Source of the DNA: Blepharisma stoltei ATCC 30299
Lineage: Eukaryota; Protista; Ciliophora
Assembly: GCA_965603825.1 (NCBI GenBank)
Contig: CBFDEM010000011.1
Location: 806,001-870,000 of the forward strand
Direction of reading: 5' to 3'
Length of the DNA: 64,000 nt
Part shown: piece by piece, positions 34,142-46,189 of the stretch
How positions within the stretch are numbered: position 1 is the stretch's first letter
How the letters are laid out: each line of letters starts with the position of its first letter
Made by a program: the position numbers and the translations under genes
Notes under the pieces: generated by a model
Database searches by the model: none
Seen by the model: the letters and a program-made list of their open reading frames with translations, nothing else
What the model was told of the DNA's origin: nothing

Positions 34142-35118
34142 TTATGTTATTAATCCGGACTAGCTTCATCTGTAAACTCTGGCTGATTTGTTAATGCAAA
34201 AGACTTCACAATTAAAGAGTTAGGGCTATTAGAATCTTGAATGCTAGGATTAATAGAAGATTGATGCAGAAGCTGAGCTTTCTATTGCTCTGGAGCAATT
34301 GGAGGTGCCATCATTGGGGCCTGCATCTGGAATGGTAAAATCACAATTCCTAGATCTGCCTCATCAAACCTATAGCACTTTCAACAAGAATTACCTGTAT
34401 GCAGTCTAAAAGTGAGCACAAAAAAGCATTTAATCAATTGGCTAGACATAGTATAGCAGTGCTCATCGTTCAATATTGATTGTATAGAAACTTTAAAATT
34501 ACAGCGAGTCGCTCCCGAAAACGCTTCAATCTGTTGTTTTTCCTCAGCATTTAGCATATTAACAACTTGAGTACATACTTTTGGATTTTTTTGATTTGCT
34601 TTCATAGTGAGGACTTTATTGACTTCAATTTCCGCTCTAGTGACATTTACTGAAAATGCAGATAAATCGTTTCAAAATAAATTTCAATATCATCATGATT
34701 TCCAAATATATTTCTTTCTATTCATACTCTTGATGTTGTATATTCTTTCTTAAAGCAATATCATAAACTTTTAATTCAAAAGGGAAACTAAAATTACCAG
34801 CTGAAGCTACCTGATATAGCCAATGATACAATGCTGCTTTCAATGCACATATAGACTGCTTGCCTAAATGCACTGTGCATTATTGATGGTGATTATAACT
34901 CTTTCTATTCCGGCTATACTTATTATAACGATAATAGGTTTTGAATTTAGTTACTTCATTGCCTTTAAAAATTAAATAGAGGGAAGGGTTAGTGAGTTGT
35001 TCTGTTATAGCAATATGAACAATGCCTTTCAAAATTCCTCCTGGCATTACCTGCTAGACTCAAGAGAAATAAATATGCTCCCTTGTACATCCCCTTGTTT
35101 TGAATCGCTCGAACCCAT
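34142..35118 (-). pseudogene. Arrestin-fold family pseudogene A
   Basis: Starts MGSSDSKQG and is colinear with intact paralogues, but has frameshifts, TAA/TAG stops and a ~207-bp internal deletion. Confidence 0.85.
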
Positions 35119-35363
35119 TAATAATAAAATTTGTATTCACTCTAATTTTTGTCAGCTTTATAGCAAAAATCGCTGATTTATTTAAAATACTGCAATCTTA
35201 ATGTGATTATTATCTTTTTTAAACACCGTATAGCACTTTGTAACTAAGTTTAATATTATTGCATAAAAGAGATATATAGGAAAGTTGAGATTTAGATAGC
35301 AATTTAAAATTTCATAAACGGCAATTCTATTTTTAAAATTTATAGAAACCCTTATTACTATGA

Positions 35364-36503
35364 CTACGGAGTAACTTTGTCTGTAAGCCCTGGCTGATTT
35401 GTGAAAGATTTTACAATTAATGGATTTGGGTTATTCGAATCTTGTAAATTCGGGTTAATAGAAGACTGAGGTAGAAGCTGAGCTTGCCATTGCTCAGGAG
35501 CTATTGGAGGTGGGATCATAGGAGCTTGTATCTGAAATGGCAAAATCACAATCCCTTGATTTGCTTCATCAAATCCATAGCACTTGCAGCAATAAAATTC
35601 TGTATGCAATTTAACATTGAGTACAAAAAAGCATTTGATCAGTTGTGCAGACATTGTATAGCAATGCTCGCTTTTCAGTATTGATGGTATAGGAACCCTA
35701 AAGTTAAAGCGCTGAGCTCCTGAAAGCGCTTTAATCTCGAGCCTTTCATCAGCTCTCAACATATTGACAACTTGAGTGCATATTCTTGAATTTTTTTTGT
35801 TTGCTGTCATTGTAAGGACTTTATTAACTTCTATGTCTACTCTTGTTATGTTTGCTGAAAACCCAGATAAATTTGTTTCTAAATTAATATCAATATAATC
35901 AAGATTTCCAAATGTCCCTCTTTCTAAGGACACTCTCGATGTTGCATGTTCTTTATTAAAGCAACACAATACGCTGCCATGGCCTGGACAATCTCTAGAA
36001 ATAGATTGTGGGTACATTTCTTGAGGTAAAATTATTGAATTCGTATAGATATAAACTGGTCCTTTAATTTTAAGAGGTTGTCTGCCTGCTGCATGCAATT
36101 GAGCACGAATTGAGTAATTTATTTGGCAAAACCCGCCTCAGAGTGCATGAGCATTGAAACTAGGAAGTAGGTTATCATAAATTTTTAATTCGAAAGGAAA
36201 ACTGAAATTTCCAGGGTAAGCTACCAAGTCTGGTCACTGATATAATACTGCTTTTAAAGAACAGAGTAGTTGCTTGCCTACATGTCTCGTGTATGTAGGG
36301 CCATCACTATACCGACGCTTAATTTTGAAATCAGTTACTTCATTGCCTTTAAAAATGAGGTAGAGTGCTGGGTTAGCTAGCTGCTCGGCTAAAGCAATAT
36401 GCACGCTTCCACGCAAAATTCCTCCTGATATGATATTATTTATTTCAAGAGAGATAAACATGCTCCCTTGAACATACCCTTGTTTTGAGTCACCCGAGCC
36501 CAT
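35364..36503 (-). CDS. Arrestin-fold (alpha-arrestin-like) protein B, 379 aa, two TGA=Trp
   Basis: G..LRGSVHI, L.FKGNE.T, PGNFSFPFEL..LLPSF and I.YSIRAQL match the arrestin N-domain pattern. ORFs join in frame. Confidence 0.85.
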
Positions 36504-36543
36504 TTATAATTAAATTTAAATTAAAATATATTACTTATTATAT

Positions 36544-36791
36544 CCTGTGCCAATATTATTATACGTCAAGTCTCGCAAGACTGCCATCACAATAGCTTGC
36601 ATGTATTTTACTCTTTCAAAAATCGGATTTTTTCTAGATGTTATATTTGATCGCTTGAATAATATATTAGATTGCTCCATTTGAGTTGAAGGCCTCTTAA
36701 AAATTTTGTTTACTAAATGCTCAAGCTCGCTTGAATCGATAATCTCACTTTCAGGATCTGCTGTAGAGTATGCTGAAACAAGAATTTTTAG
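36544..36791 (-). pseudogene. Internal ABCG fragment copied from copy 3 (about 40418-40665)
   Basis: Direct nucleotide similarity to 40418-40665 (e.g. ctgccatcacaatagcttgcatgtattttactct and gagtatgctgaaacaagaatttttag). Confidence 0.9.
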
Positions 36792-36803
36792 TTGGCCATG
36801 CGC

Positions 36804-37552
36804 ACTTTTGGATTTTTTTGATTTGCTTTCATAGTGAGGACTTTATTGACTTCAATTTCCACTCTAGTGACATTTACTGAAAATGCAGATAAATTCGTTT
36901 CAAAATAAATTTCAATATCATCATGATTTCCAAATATATTTCTTTCTATTCATACTCTTGATGTTGTATATTCTTTCTTAAAACAGTAAAATGAACTCCA
37001 TAGCCTGGGCAGTCTCGAGAAAGATATTGTGGGTACATATCTTGAGGTAAACTTATTGAGTTTTTAAATAAAAAAATGGGTATTTTAAATTTTAGAGGTT
37101 GCCTGTCTGTAGCATGCAATTGAGCACCAAGTGAGTATTTTAATTGGGCAAAACAACCCTTATTCCCTAATGTATGAAAGCTTGGAAGAAGGTTATCATA
37201 AACTTTAATTCAAAAGGAAGCTAAAATTGCCAGGTGAAGCTACCTGATCTGGCCAGTGATATAATGCTGGTTTCAATGCACATGTGGGCTGCTTGCCTAA
37301 ATGCATCGTGTATGGTTGGTGATGATTGTAACTGTTTCTATTCCGGCTATACTTGTTATAGCGATAATAGGTTTTGAATTTAGTTACTTCATTGCCTTTA
37401 AAAATTAAATAGAGGGAAGGGTTAGTGAGTTGTTCTGTTATAGCAATATGAACGATGCCACGCAAAATTCCTCCGGGCATTACACTGCTAGACTCAAGAG
37501 AAATAAACACGCTCCCTTGTGCATCCCCTTGTTTTGAATCGCTCGAACCCAT
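36804..37552 (-). pseudogene. Arrestin-fold pseudogene C (3'-truncated, frameshifted), joined to the ABCG fragment
   Basis: Near copy of pseudogene A from 34577 onward. Frameshift near 37205; 3' end replaced by ABCG sequence. Confidence 0.85.
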
Positions 37553-37793
37553 TAATAATAAAATTTGTATTCAACTCTAATTTTTGTCAGCTTTATAGCA
37601 AAAATTGCTGTTTATTTAAAATACTGCAATCTTAATGAGATTATTATGATTTTTAAATACCTGCATAGCACTTTGTAACGAAGTTTAATATTATTGCATA
37701 AAAGAGATATATAGGAAAGTTGAGATTTAGATAGCAATTTAAAATTTTATAAACGGCAATTATATTATTAAAATTTATAAAAATCCTTAATTA

Positions 37794-38939
37794 CTATGAC
37801 TGCGGAGTAACTTTGTCTGTAAGTCCTGGCTGATTTGTGAAAGATCTTACAATTAATGGATTTGGGTTATTCGAATCTTGTAAATTCGGGTTAATAGAGG
37901 ATTGAGGTAGAAGCTGAGCTTGCCATTGCTCAGGAGCTATTGGAGGCGGGATCATAGGAGCTTGTATCTGAAATGGCAAAATCACAATCCCTTGATTTGC
38001 TTCATCAAATCCATAGCACTTGCAGCAATAAAATTCTGTATGCAATTTAACATTGAGTACAAAAAAGCATTTGATCAGTTGTGCAGACATTGTATAGCAA
38101 TGCTCGCTTTTCAGTATTGATGGTATAGGAACCCTAAAGTTAAAGCGCTGAGCTCCTGAAAGCGCTTTAATCCCTGGTCTTTGATCAGTTCTCAACATAT
38201 TGACAACTTGAGTGCATATTCTTGAATTTTTTTTGTTTGCTGTCATTGTAAGGACTTTATTAACTTCTATTTCTACTCTGGTTATGTTTGCTGAAAACCC
38301 AGATAAATTTGTTTCTAAATTAATATCAATATAATCAAGATTTCCAAATGTCCCTCTTTCTAAGGACACTCTCGATGTTGCATGTTCTTTATTAAAGCAA
38401 CACAATACGCTGCCATGGCCTGGACAATCTCTAGAAATAGATTGTGGGTACATTTCTTGAGGTAAAGTTATTGAATTCGTATAGATATAAACTGGTCCTT
38501 TAAATTTAAGAGGTTGTCTGTCTGTGGCATGCAATTGAGCACGAATTGAGTAATTTATTTGGCAAAACCCGCCTCAGTGTGCATAAGCATGGAAACTAGG
38601 AAGTAGGTTATCATAAATTTTTAATTCGAAAGGAAAACTGAAATTCCCAGGGTAAGCTACCAAGTCTGGTCACTGATATAATGCTGCTTTTAAAGAACAG
38701 AGTAGTTGCTTGCCTACATGTCTCGTGTAGTAGGTGCTATTTTTACTACGATGCTGAATTTTGAAATCAGTTACTTCATTGCCTTTAAAAATGAGGTAGA
38801 GTACTGGGTTAGCTAGCTGCTCGGTTAAAGCAATATGTACGCTTCCACGCAAAATTCCTCCTGATATGATATTATTTATTTCAAGAGAGATAAACATGTT
38901 CCCTTGAACATGCCCTTGTTTTGAATCACCCGAGCCCAT
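37794..38939 (-). CDS. Arrestin-fold protein D, 381 aa, two TGA=Trp (recent duplicate of B)
   Basis: Near-identical to 35364-36503; ORFs 38670-38939 and 37794-38534 are in frame. Confidence 0.85.
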
Positions 38940-39726
38940 TATTAATTAAATTTAAATTAAACTATACTATTTGTTAATTTTTATAGTAAAAATTGTTTAT
39001 TTGTTTAGCACAAGCAATTTTACAATGATTTTGAACAGAATGGATTGCTTTGGAATCGCAGATTAATTAATTAATAGTTTTAAAAAAAGTGGCAAAAGGC
39101 TTTGTTGAAATTCCATGCAGCAAATATTTAGAGCTTCTGAAATTAAGAAGCTAACCTTCTAATCCTGAATGGCTTCTAATAGTTATTATGAGCTCTTTCA
39201 ATATTTAATATTTCTTTAAAAATATCAACCAATTAAGAGAATAAGCAGAAAAATAAAAACGCTTAAAAAGATAACTAAATTAATTTTTTGATGCTAGTGA
39301 TAATCAAAATATGATCATCAGAAATTCTGTTCTCCAGAGCAGAAAATCCCCTTTTGCAAATTTTGATTAGGAGGTTTGGCCACCCAGAGAATTTATCGGC
39401 AATAAGGAGTATTTAGCCCGAAGGTGCTCAATTTCAAACTGCCATCCTAGAAAGAAATGTATTTTCTAGGCGGTAAAAATGGGACTTAAGTATGCCTGAA
39501 GAAAAAAATTGGTATGCTAAAGAGGCACAAGCCTATGCAGATGGTATGATATTGGATATTAAGCATAAACTAACTAATTAATTATGAGTGATGCTAATGG
39601 AATACTAAAAATATCAACTAATTAAAGGTCAACTTAAATAGAATAATCTTAAAATTCTTCATATTATATGAAAATTACAAAATTGGAGAAGATAATAAAT
39701 TAACCTATAATTTCTTTGATCTAAAA

Positions 39727-41628
39727 TTATCTTTTGACTCTTACTGCTGTGATCCACAATAGCAAATAAGCTATAATTCTAAAAACGATTATGATAATAA
39801 TATTATATAAGAAACTTTCTCCTAAAGAATCATAAAATGCAAGGTCATCCAGAGGGTCACATTTAGTGCAGTCATCTGAATCACAATTTTGGCATGGCAA
39901 ATTCAAGTCCGTATATTCATTGATGCATAAAGCCTCAAATCCATATTTGAAAGGAGAAATATATTGTACCCATCTAAAAGCTATAGGAATTCTGTCCACA
40001 TTTGCAAATTGTCCTGCGAAAAGAAGAAAGGGAATTACAAAAATAGGCTCAGCAATCATTGCAGATGTCTCTGTATGAAACAGAGCGCCTACGATATATC
40101 CAATTCCTGTTCCGCATACATTTAGTACTAATAAAGCGGCATAAAATATAAAAAATTTGCTGGCATCATAGTTATTCAATCCAACTGCCCAATAAATAAT
40201 CAGGGCCTGCAAAAATATTGACATAACTAAATTAGGAAGTTCAGCAATTGATTTCGCGACATAATAAGAGATTGTGCTATATAGTCCTTGCTTGGTTTCT
40301 TTAAAGAAAAGAGGCAATTCGCTTGGAAAAGACAAGGAAGAATTTTGGCTTCCGAAGGCTCCTCCCATCATTGTAAGCACAAATAAGACACCATTTCTAT
40401 CTTGTATAGAGCTATAGCCTGTGCCAATATTATTATATGTCAAGTCTAGCAAAACTGCCATCACAATAGCTTGCATGTATTTTACTCTTCCAAAAATCGG
40501 ATTTCTTCTCGAGTTTATATTTGATCTTTTGAATAATATCTTAAATTGCTCCATTTGAGTTGAAGGCCTCTTAAAAATTTTGTTTGCTAAATGCTCAAGC
40601 TCACTTGGATCGATAATCTCGCTTTCAGGATCTGTTGTAGAGTATGCTGAAACAAGAATTTTTAGCTTTTCTTTTTCGTCTTCAGAAATATTTTTCCTGT
40701 CAACTACATGAAGGAGTCTCATAAAATAATCAGCTGGATTCATCAGCTTTGGACACTTGAACCCAAGCTTACCAAAATATTTTCTAGATTCATTAGCTCT
40801 GCCTTGGTAAATAATGTTTCCTTCACACATCAAGACAAGCCTATCAAACTTGCTGAAAACTCCAGAACTTGGCTGATGAATTGTTGTGATTACCGTTCTA
40901 CCTTTTCTTGCTTGCTCCAACAATAAATCGACTACAATCTCAGCTGTAAAGCTATCTAATCCTGAAGTGGGCTCATCAAGAATCAAAATAAGAGGCTCAG
41001 TGATAAGTTCGATACCTATGCACACTCTTTTTCTTTCACCTCCTGATAAGCCTTTACTGGTAACACTTCCTATCACATTATCAGCAACCCTAGTCAATTT
41101 TAAATCCTCGATAATTTTTTCAACCCTTTGCACATGCTCTTCATGAGTTCCAGGCAATCTCAGTTTGGACGAGAAGAGCAAAGACTCTCTTGTAGTCAAT
41201 GTTGGTAAAAGAATGTCTTCTTGTGTCACATAGGCTGAATAGTAGCCAAAGTTGATGTCTTTTATGTTGGTGCCATTTATGGCTACAGTTCCATTAATTT
41301 TAATTTCTCCAAGACTTTTCAGTCGCCCAGCTAAGATATTTAAGAGAGTTGTTTTGCCTGCTCCTGAATTGCCCATGATGACTAAAAGCTCTCCTGGGTT
41401 GGCCTGTCCAGAAACTCCTTTGAGGATCTGAGTGGATTCATTTCTTTTTTCGATGACATAAGTAATATTTTCCCATATAAGTTGGACTTTGGTTCTATGA
41501 TCATGCTTGGGAACACTTGTAGCGGGCTCTGTCACATAATTAATTTCGCTCTCTGATTTTGAATTTAGAGACTCCTTCTCAATCTGATCGCTTTGGCTAT
41601 TGATGATTGATATAGAAGCCTTCTCCAT
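39727..41628 (-). CDS. ABCG half transporter, copy 3, 633 aa
   Basis: GNSGAGKT, LSGGERKR and ILDEPTSGLD; more diverged paralogue. Confidence 0.97.
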   Translation of the reverse strand: MEKASISIINSQSDQIEKESLNSKSESEINYVTEPATSVPKHDHRTKVQLIWENITYVIEKRNESTQILKGVSGQANPGELLVIMGNSGAGKTTLLNILAGRLKSLGEIKINGTVAINGTNIKDINFGYYSAYVTQEDILLPTLTTRESLLFSSKLRLPGTHEEHVQRVEKIIEDLKLTRVADNVIGSVTSKGLSGGERKRVCIGIELITEPLILILDEPTSGLDSFTAEIVVDLLLEQARKGRTVITTIHQPSSGVFSKFDRLVLMCEGNIIYQGRANESRKYFGKLGFKCPKLMNPADYFMRLLHVVDRKNISEDEKEKLKILVSAYSTTDPESEIIDPSELEHLANKIFKRPSTQMEQFKILFKRSNINSRRNPIFGRVKYMQAIVMAVLLDLTYNNIGTGYSSIQDRNGVLFVLTMMGGAFGSQNSSLSFPSELPLFFKETKQGLYSTISYYVAKSIAELPNLVMSIFLQALIIYWAVGLNNYDASKFFIFYAALLVLNVCGTGIGYIVGALFHTETSAMIAEPIFVIPFLLFAGQFANVDRIPIAFRWVQYISPFKYGFEALCINEYTDLNLPCQNCDSDDCTKCDPLDDLAFYDSLGESFLYNIIIIIVFRIIAYLLLWITAVRVKR

Positions 41629-42059
41629 TTATATGATACTAATTTAACACTGAATTTTTATTGTATTTTCGTGATAAATGTGCAACTATAAGAAATATTC
41701 AGGTCATATGAAATGTAGTCAAAAATTAGCATATCATCCAATATTTTCAATAAGATAAGAAAATTACAGTTTAATTTTGCTATTAAAATGGTTTATAATA
41801 AATAAGAAGACTAAGAATAAAAAAGCTATAGAAGCAGTTTCAATATTATAGGCTTAAATTCAATATTTATATTAAAAAATTAAAAGATTAGCCTTGCAGT
41901 TTACAAAAATTAGCTATTAAATCTTTCTTCTTTAAATTAGAATAGAAAAACTGTAAATTAATATAAAGTTTTATAAAAAACAAGCTAAAATTTTATGATA
42001 AAAATTTATTATTTTTGAGTAAAGGGTTGTTTAATCATTTGAATATTTAAGTTATCTAA

Positions 42060-42251
42060 TATTTGAATATCAGGTTTAAAATGAGATTTAGGTAAAATTT
42101 TTGCTTGCCATTGTTCAGGCGCAATGGAGGTGTAACTTGCGCCTGAAACGAAAAATCACAATTGGCGGCTTGTCTCAACAAATCTATAGCATTTTTAAAA
42201 GTAAGGCTATATAAAAAAATTAACATTTATCAGATAGTGACATCTAATCAA
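42060..42251 (-). pseudogene. C-terminal relic of an arrestin-fold gene
   Basis: Reverse strand encodes IAPEQWQAKILPKS and decayed LIRCH and GIVI-like segments. Confidence 0.65.
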
Positions 42252-42277
42252 ATATAATATTCCTTCTGTATTCCTAG

Positions 42278-43429
42278 TTATATATAATTTTGATTATCTT
42301 TGTCTAAAGACTTGGTATGGCTTGCCAATGCAAAAGACTCCACAATTGAGTGATCTGGATTTCCTAAACCTTGGTTTCCAGGCTTAATATAAGATTGAGG
42401 TAAAAGTTGGGCTTGCCAATGTTCTGGAGCAATTGGAGGTGACGAAGCTGGGATTTGTATTTCGAATGGCAGAATTACTATCCCTTGACTTGCTTCGTTA
42501 AATACATAGCATCTTCAGCTAAAAGTCTTTGTATGTAATTTAATATTCATCACAAAATGGCATTTAATTAGTGGTGTATTTCAAGTGCAGCTATTTTCAT
42601 TTTTCAATATTTCCCGTATAGGGATTTTATAATTAAAGTGCTGAGTTCCTGACCGAGCCATAATCTTTGGCTTTTCATTTAATTTTAGCATGCTAATAGT
42701 TTGAGTTGCAACTTGTGGATTTTTTTTATTTGCTGTCATTGTGATGATTTTTTTAATTTCAATTTTAACTCTGCTAATATATGCTGAAAATGTAGTTAAA
42801 TTTGTTTCTAAATTAATTTCGATAGAATCAGAAAATCCAAGTATCCCTTTTTCTATTGTAATTTTTGTTACTGCATCCTCATTGCTAAAGCAGCAAATCA
42901 GACCTCCACTTCCTGAACAATCCTTCTCGAGGCTATTTGGATACATCTCTGGAGGTAAACTGATTATATCTGTAATTATAAAAACTGGCTCCTTAAATTT
43001 TAAAGGTTGCCTGTCATCAGCACGCAATTGAGCACGAATCGAGTAGCTGATTTGGCAAAATCCGCCCCATAGAGCTGATGTATAGAAGCTAGGAAGCAAA
43101 TTATTATAAGTTTGCAATTCAAAAGGAAAGCTGAAATTTCCTGGAAGAGCAATCTTGTCTGGCCATTCATATAATGTTGCTTTTAAAGCACATAGCAAGT
43201 TTTTACCTTTATGCTGAGAGTAATAAGTTGTTTTCCCATTATGTTGTATTTTGAAGTCAGTTATTTCGTTGCCTTTGAAGACAAGATAAAGAGCAGGATT
43301 ATTTATCTGTTCTAAGAGCGAAACATGAATGCTACCCCGAAATATTCCACCTGGATTTGTGTTATTTGATTCGAGAGAAATAAAGATTTGACCTTTTATT
43401 TGGCTTTCTCTTGATTCAACAGATCCCAT
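42278..43429 (-). CDS. Arrestin-fold protein E, 383 aa, two TGA=Trp
   Basis: ORF 42581-43429 continues through TGA codons to TAA 42278, with family motifs LIKC, QGIVILPF and PPIAPEHWQAQLLP. Confidence 0.85.
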
Positions 43430-43619
43430 AAGTTAATTATATTATCTCTTTTATTTTAAGTTATAAATACTGGCAAATTCGATTTTCCAAGTGTCAAAAA
43501 TGCATATTATAAAGTCATTAAAACTAATTTAATTAAATTATAATTTTACAATCAGAATTATTTGTTTTACCAACATATATATATACTTTCAAAACATCAA
43601 ATAATCAAGAGGTAGTAAG

Positions 43620-44143
43620 GGTTCTAGTTACTGCGCAGCTGTGAATGATTTCCAAATTTTTAAATATAGGCTTTTTTTGGCGCTAAAGGTCTCCATTTCT
43701 CTTGGGAAATTGGATGCTTGCCATCAGAGTTTCTATTTGAAGTGGCAAATCACTTTTTCTTGAGCTACTTCTTCAAATCCATAACAAATATCCGTAAGCA
43801 ATCTAACATTAAGCACAAATTGGCATTTAACCAGTTCAGAGTCATCGCATAGCAATGCTCATTTTTAATATTTTGGACAGGAATTTTATAAATAAAATGC
43901 TGCTATTAAAGCGCATAGTTGCTGCTTACCTTTATGGACATTTCTTTATTGCACTGCTTTGCTTTAGATTTAGTAATTTCTTTACGTTTATAGGATAGAT
44001 AAATAGAAGGACTGCTGAGTAGCTTATATAAAGCAACATGAATAGCATCACGCAATACTACTCCTGATATAATAGTATTTGACTCTAGAGAAATGACATA
44101 TCCGCATTTATTTTCCATCTTTTTCTGATTCTCCTGCACCCAT
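43620..44143 (-). pseudogene. Heavily decayed arrestin-fold pseudogene F
   Basis: ATG GGT start, ISLESN..ISG.VLR..IHVAL and ELVKCQFVLNVRL remnants, with large deletions and stops. Confidence 0.7.
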
Positions 44144-44554
44144 TAATAATTAATTATAACTGTAATATAGATTCTTATTTTATTTTGACCATTGCTCTTC
44201 TCATATTTTACTAAGACTTAATAAATCCTTAATAGAGAAATTTAGATAAATGCTAATTTATCCATGAATTTCAGCTATGGGAGCACTTCCTTCTAAACCG
44301 CCATTATAACTTTCTGACTCTTCATATTGCTTAGAGAGCAAACCATTGAAAAGCTTTCTTTTTTGCTAGTAAAAACACTTTTAATATAATTTTAATTAAA
44401 TTATTTGATATACTATTAATAATGATCCAGATAATTTTATTGATTTATAATCAGTTAATTCCTAAAACATAAACTTTTAAAACTAATTAGGCTATTCATT
44501 TCTAATATGACAATATCGATTTTTGGATTTAAAACTAATCTCTATTAAAATACT

Positions 44555-45679
44555 TTACTCACTATCCAAGAGAGGGACTGAGACAAATGATTTTATAAGA
44601 GCAGTATTAGAAGACATTGTATCTTGAGTTTCATAACTTATCGATGAACAAGGCAATACACTTGATTTCCATTCTTCCGGAGGAATTGGAGGAGGAACTC
44701 TTTCCACTTCTACTGGTAAAGGGAGAATCACAACTCCTTGGTTCACTTCTTCGAATCCATAGCACTTACAACAATAATAATCTGTATGCAATTTAACTCT
44801 AATTACATACTGGCATTTAATCAAACTCGATTTCATCGTAAAACAATTTTCATTTGCCAGCATTTCTACCACAGCTATTGTAAACTTTTGAACTTGTACC
44901 CCAGACCGAGGCATAATTTCAGGATAAAAGTTTTTCTTCCAGATTTTTTGAGATTCGCTTTTGATCATTTTATTAGTCTTATTAGCAGTCACAGAAATAA
45001 CTTTCATCATCTCAATTTCTACTCTCTTTATTCTCGCAGAGAAATTAGACAAATTTGTCTCTAAATTAATATCGATGCTATCTGATTTCGCAAATCTGTA
45101 CCCATCTATCCATATTTTCGCAATTGAAATTTCATTCTTATAGCAGAATAAAAAACATCCGCGCCCTACACTTTCATTCATAGTCTTTGATGGATATAGA
45201 GCTTGTGATAATTTTAGTTTGCTAGCAAAAACTGATATTGTTTGTTTATATTTTATCGGATTTAAACTTTTAGCTTGCAGTTGGGCTTTAATCTTATATT
45301 CAATTTTTGCAAATCCAGAAGAGTCAAAAATTGAAGAAAAAGTCGGCAGAATTGAGTCATAAATTTTTATCTGAAATGGGAAGGAATAGTTCCCTGGAAA
45401 AACTGTTGCATTTTTTCAAGCTAATAGCATTACTTTAAGCTCACAAATTGCTTGCTTTCCTGTATGCTTTATAAAACGTATATTCGTTTTATTCCTGTTG
45501 TAGCTAGTTTCCACTGTATTAAATTCGACAGATTCGCTTCCTTTGAAGATGAGGAGAAGATGCGGGTCAGAAATTTGTTCTTTTAAATAAATGTGAACAC
45601 TTCCTGAGAGAATATCGCCTACATTCACTTTGTTTGACTCTAAAGATATATAAATTTGGCCTCCTTGGTGATTTCCCAT
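44555..45679 (-). CDS. Arrestin-fold protein G, 374 aa, one TGA=Trp
   Basis: ORFs join in frame through TGA 45416; PGNYSFPFQI..ILPTF and QGVVILP motifs. Confidence 0.85.
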
Positions 45680-46189
45680 TTTGATTATTTAAAAGTATTT
45701 AATAGACCTATTTATGTAACGTAAATGCGAATATATATAGATTTTTTAAAATTTAGTGTATGGATCAATTTTTGATCATAACTAACCATCTTCCCTCACA
45801 AAAAGATTGCTTATCCATCCTTTGTCAAATGATGAGCCACTGTCAGAAGCTAAAAATTTTACAGCTTGGAGCTTTATGCTTGCATCATCGCCAAAGTTTT
45901 TGCAATTTTGTTTGCTCCATTTAACATAAGGCTTTGCGAAAGAAGTCTTTTCAATTGTAGAGACCCCTTTGAGTTTGATTCTAATTTAAGCCATTCCAAG
46001 ATTAATTCAAAAATTTCTAAAAATCCAAATTTATTCTTTGCCTTGCTGGGTGAAAGGGTTGGTTTTAGTATAAAAAACTTCAAAACGTATCTTTTATCAC
46101 ACATTTGGAATTAAATAATTAAACTGTAAAAGATTTTTTTATATAAAGTTAAAGGGGAGAAGCAAAATTTCAAAAATTTATACTAAAAT

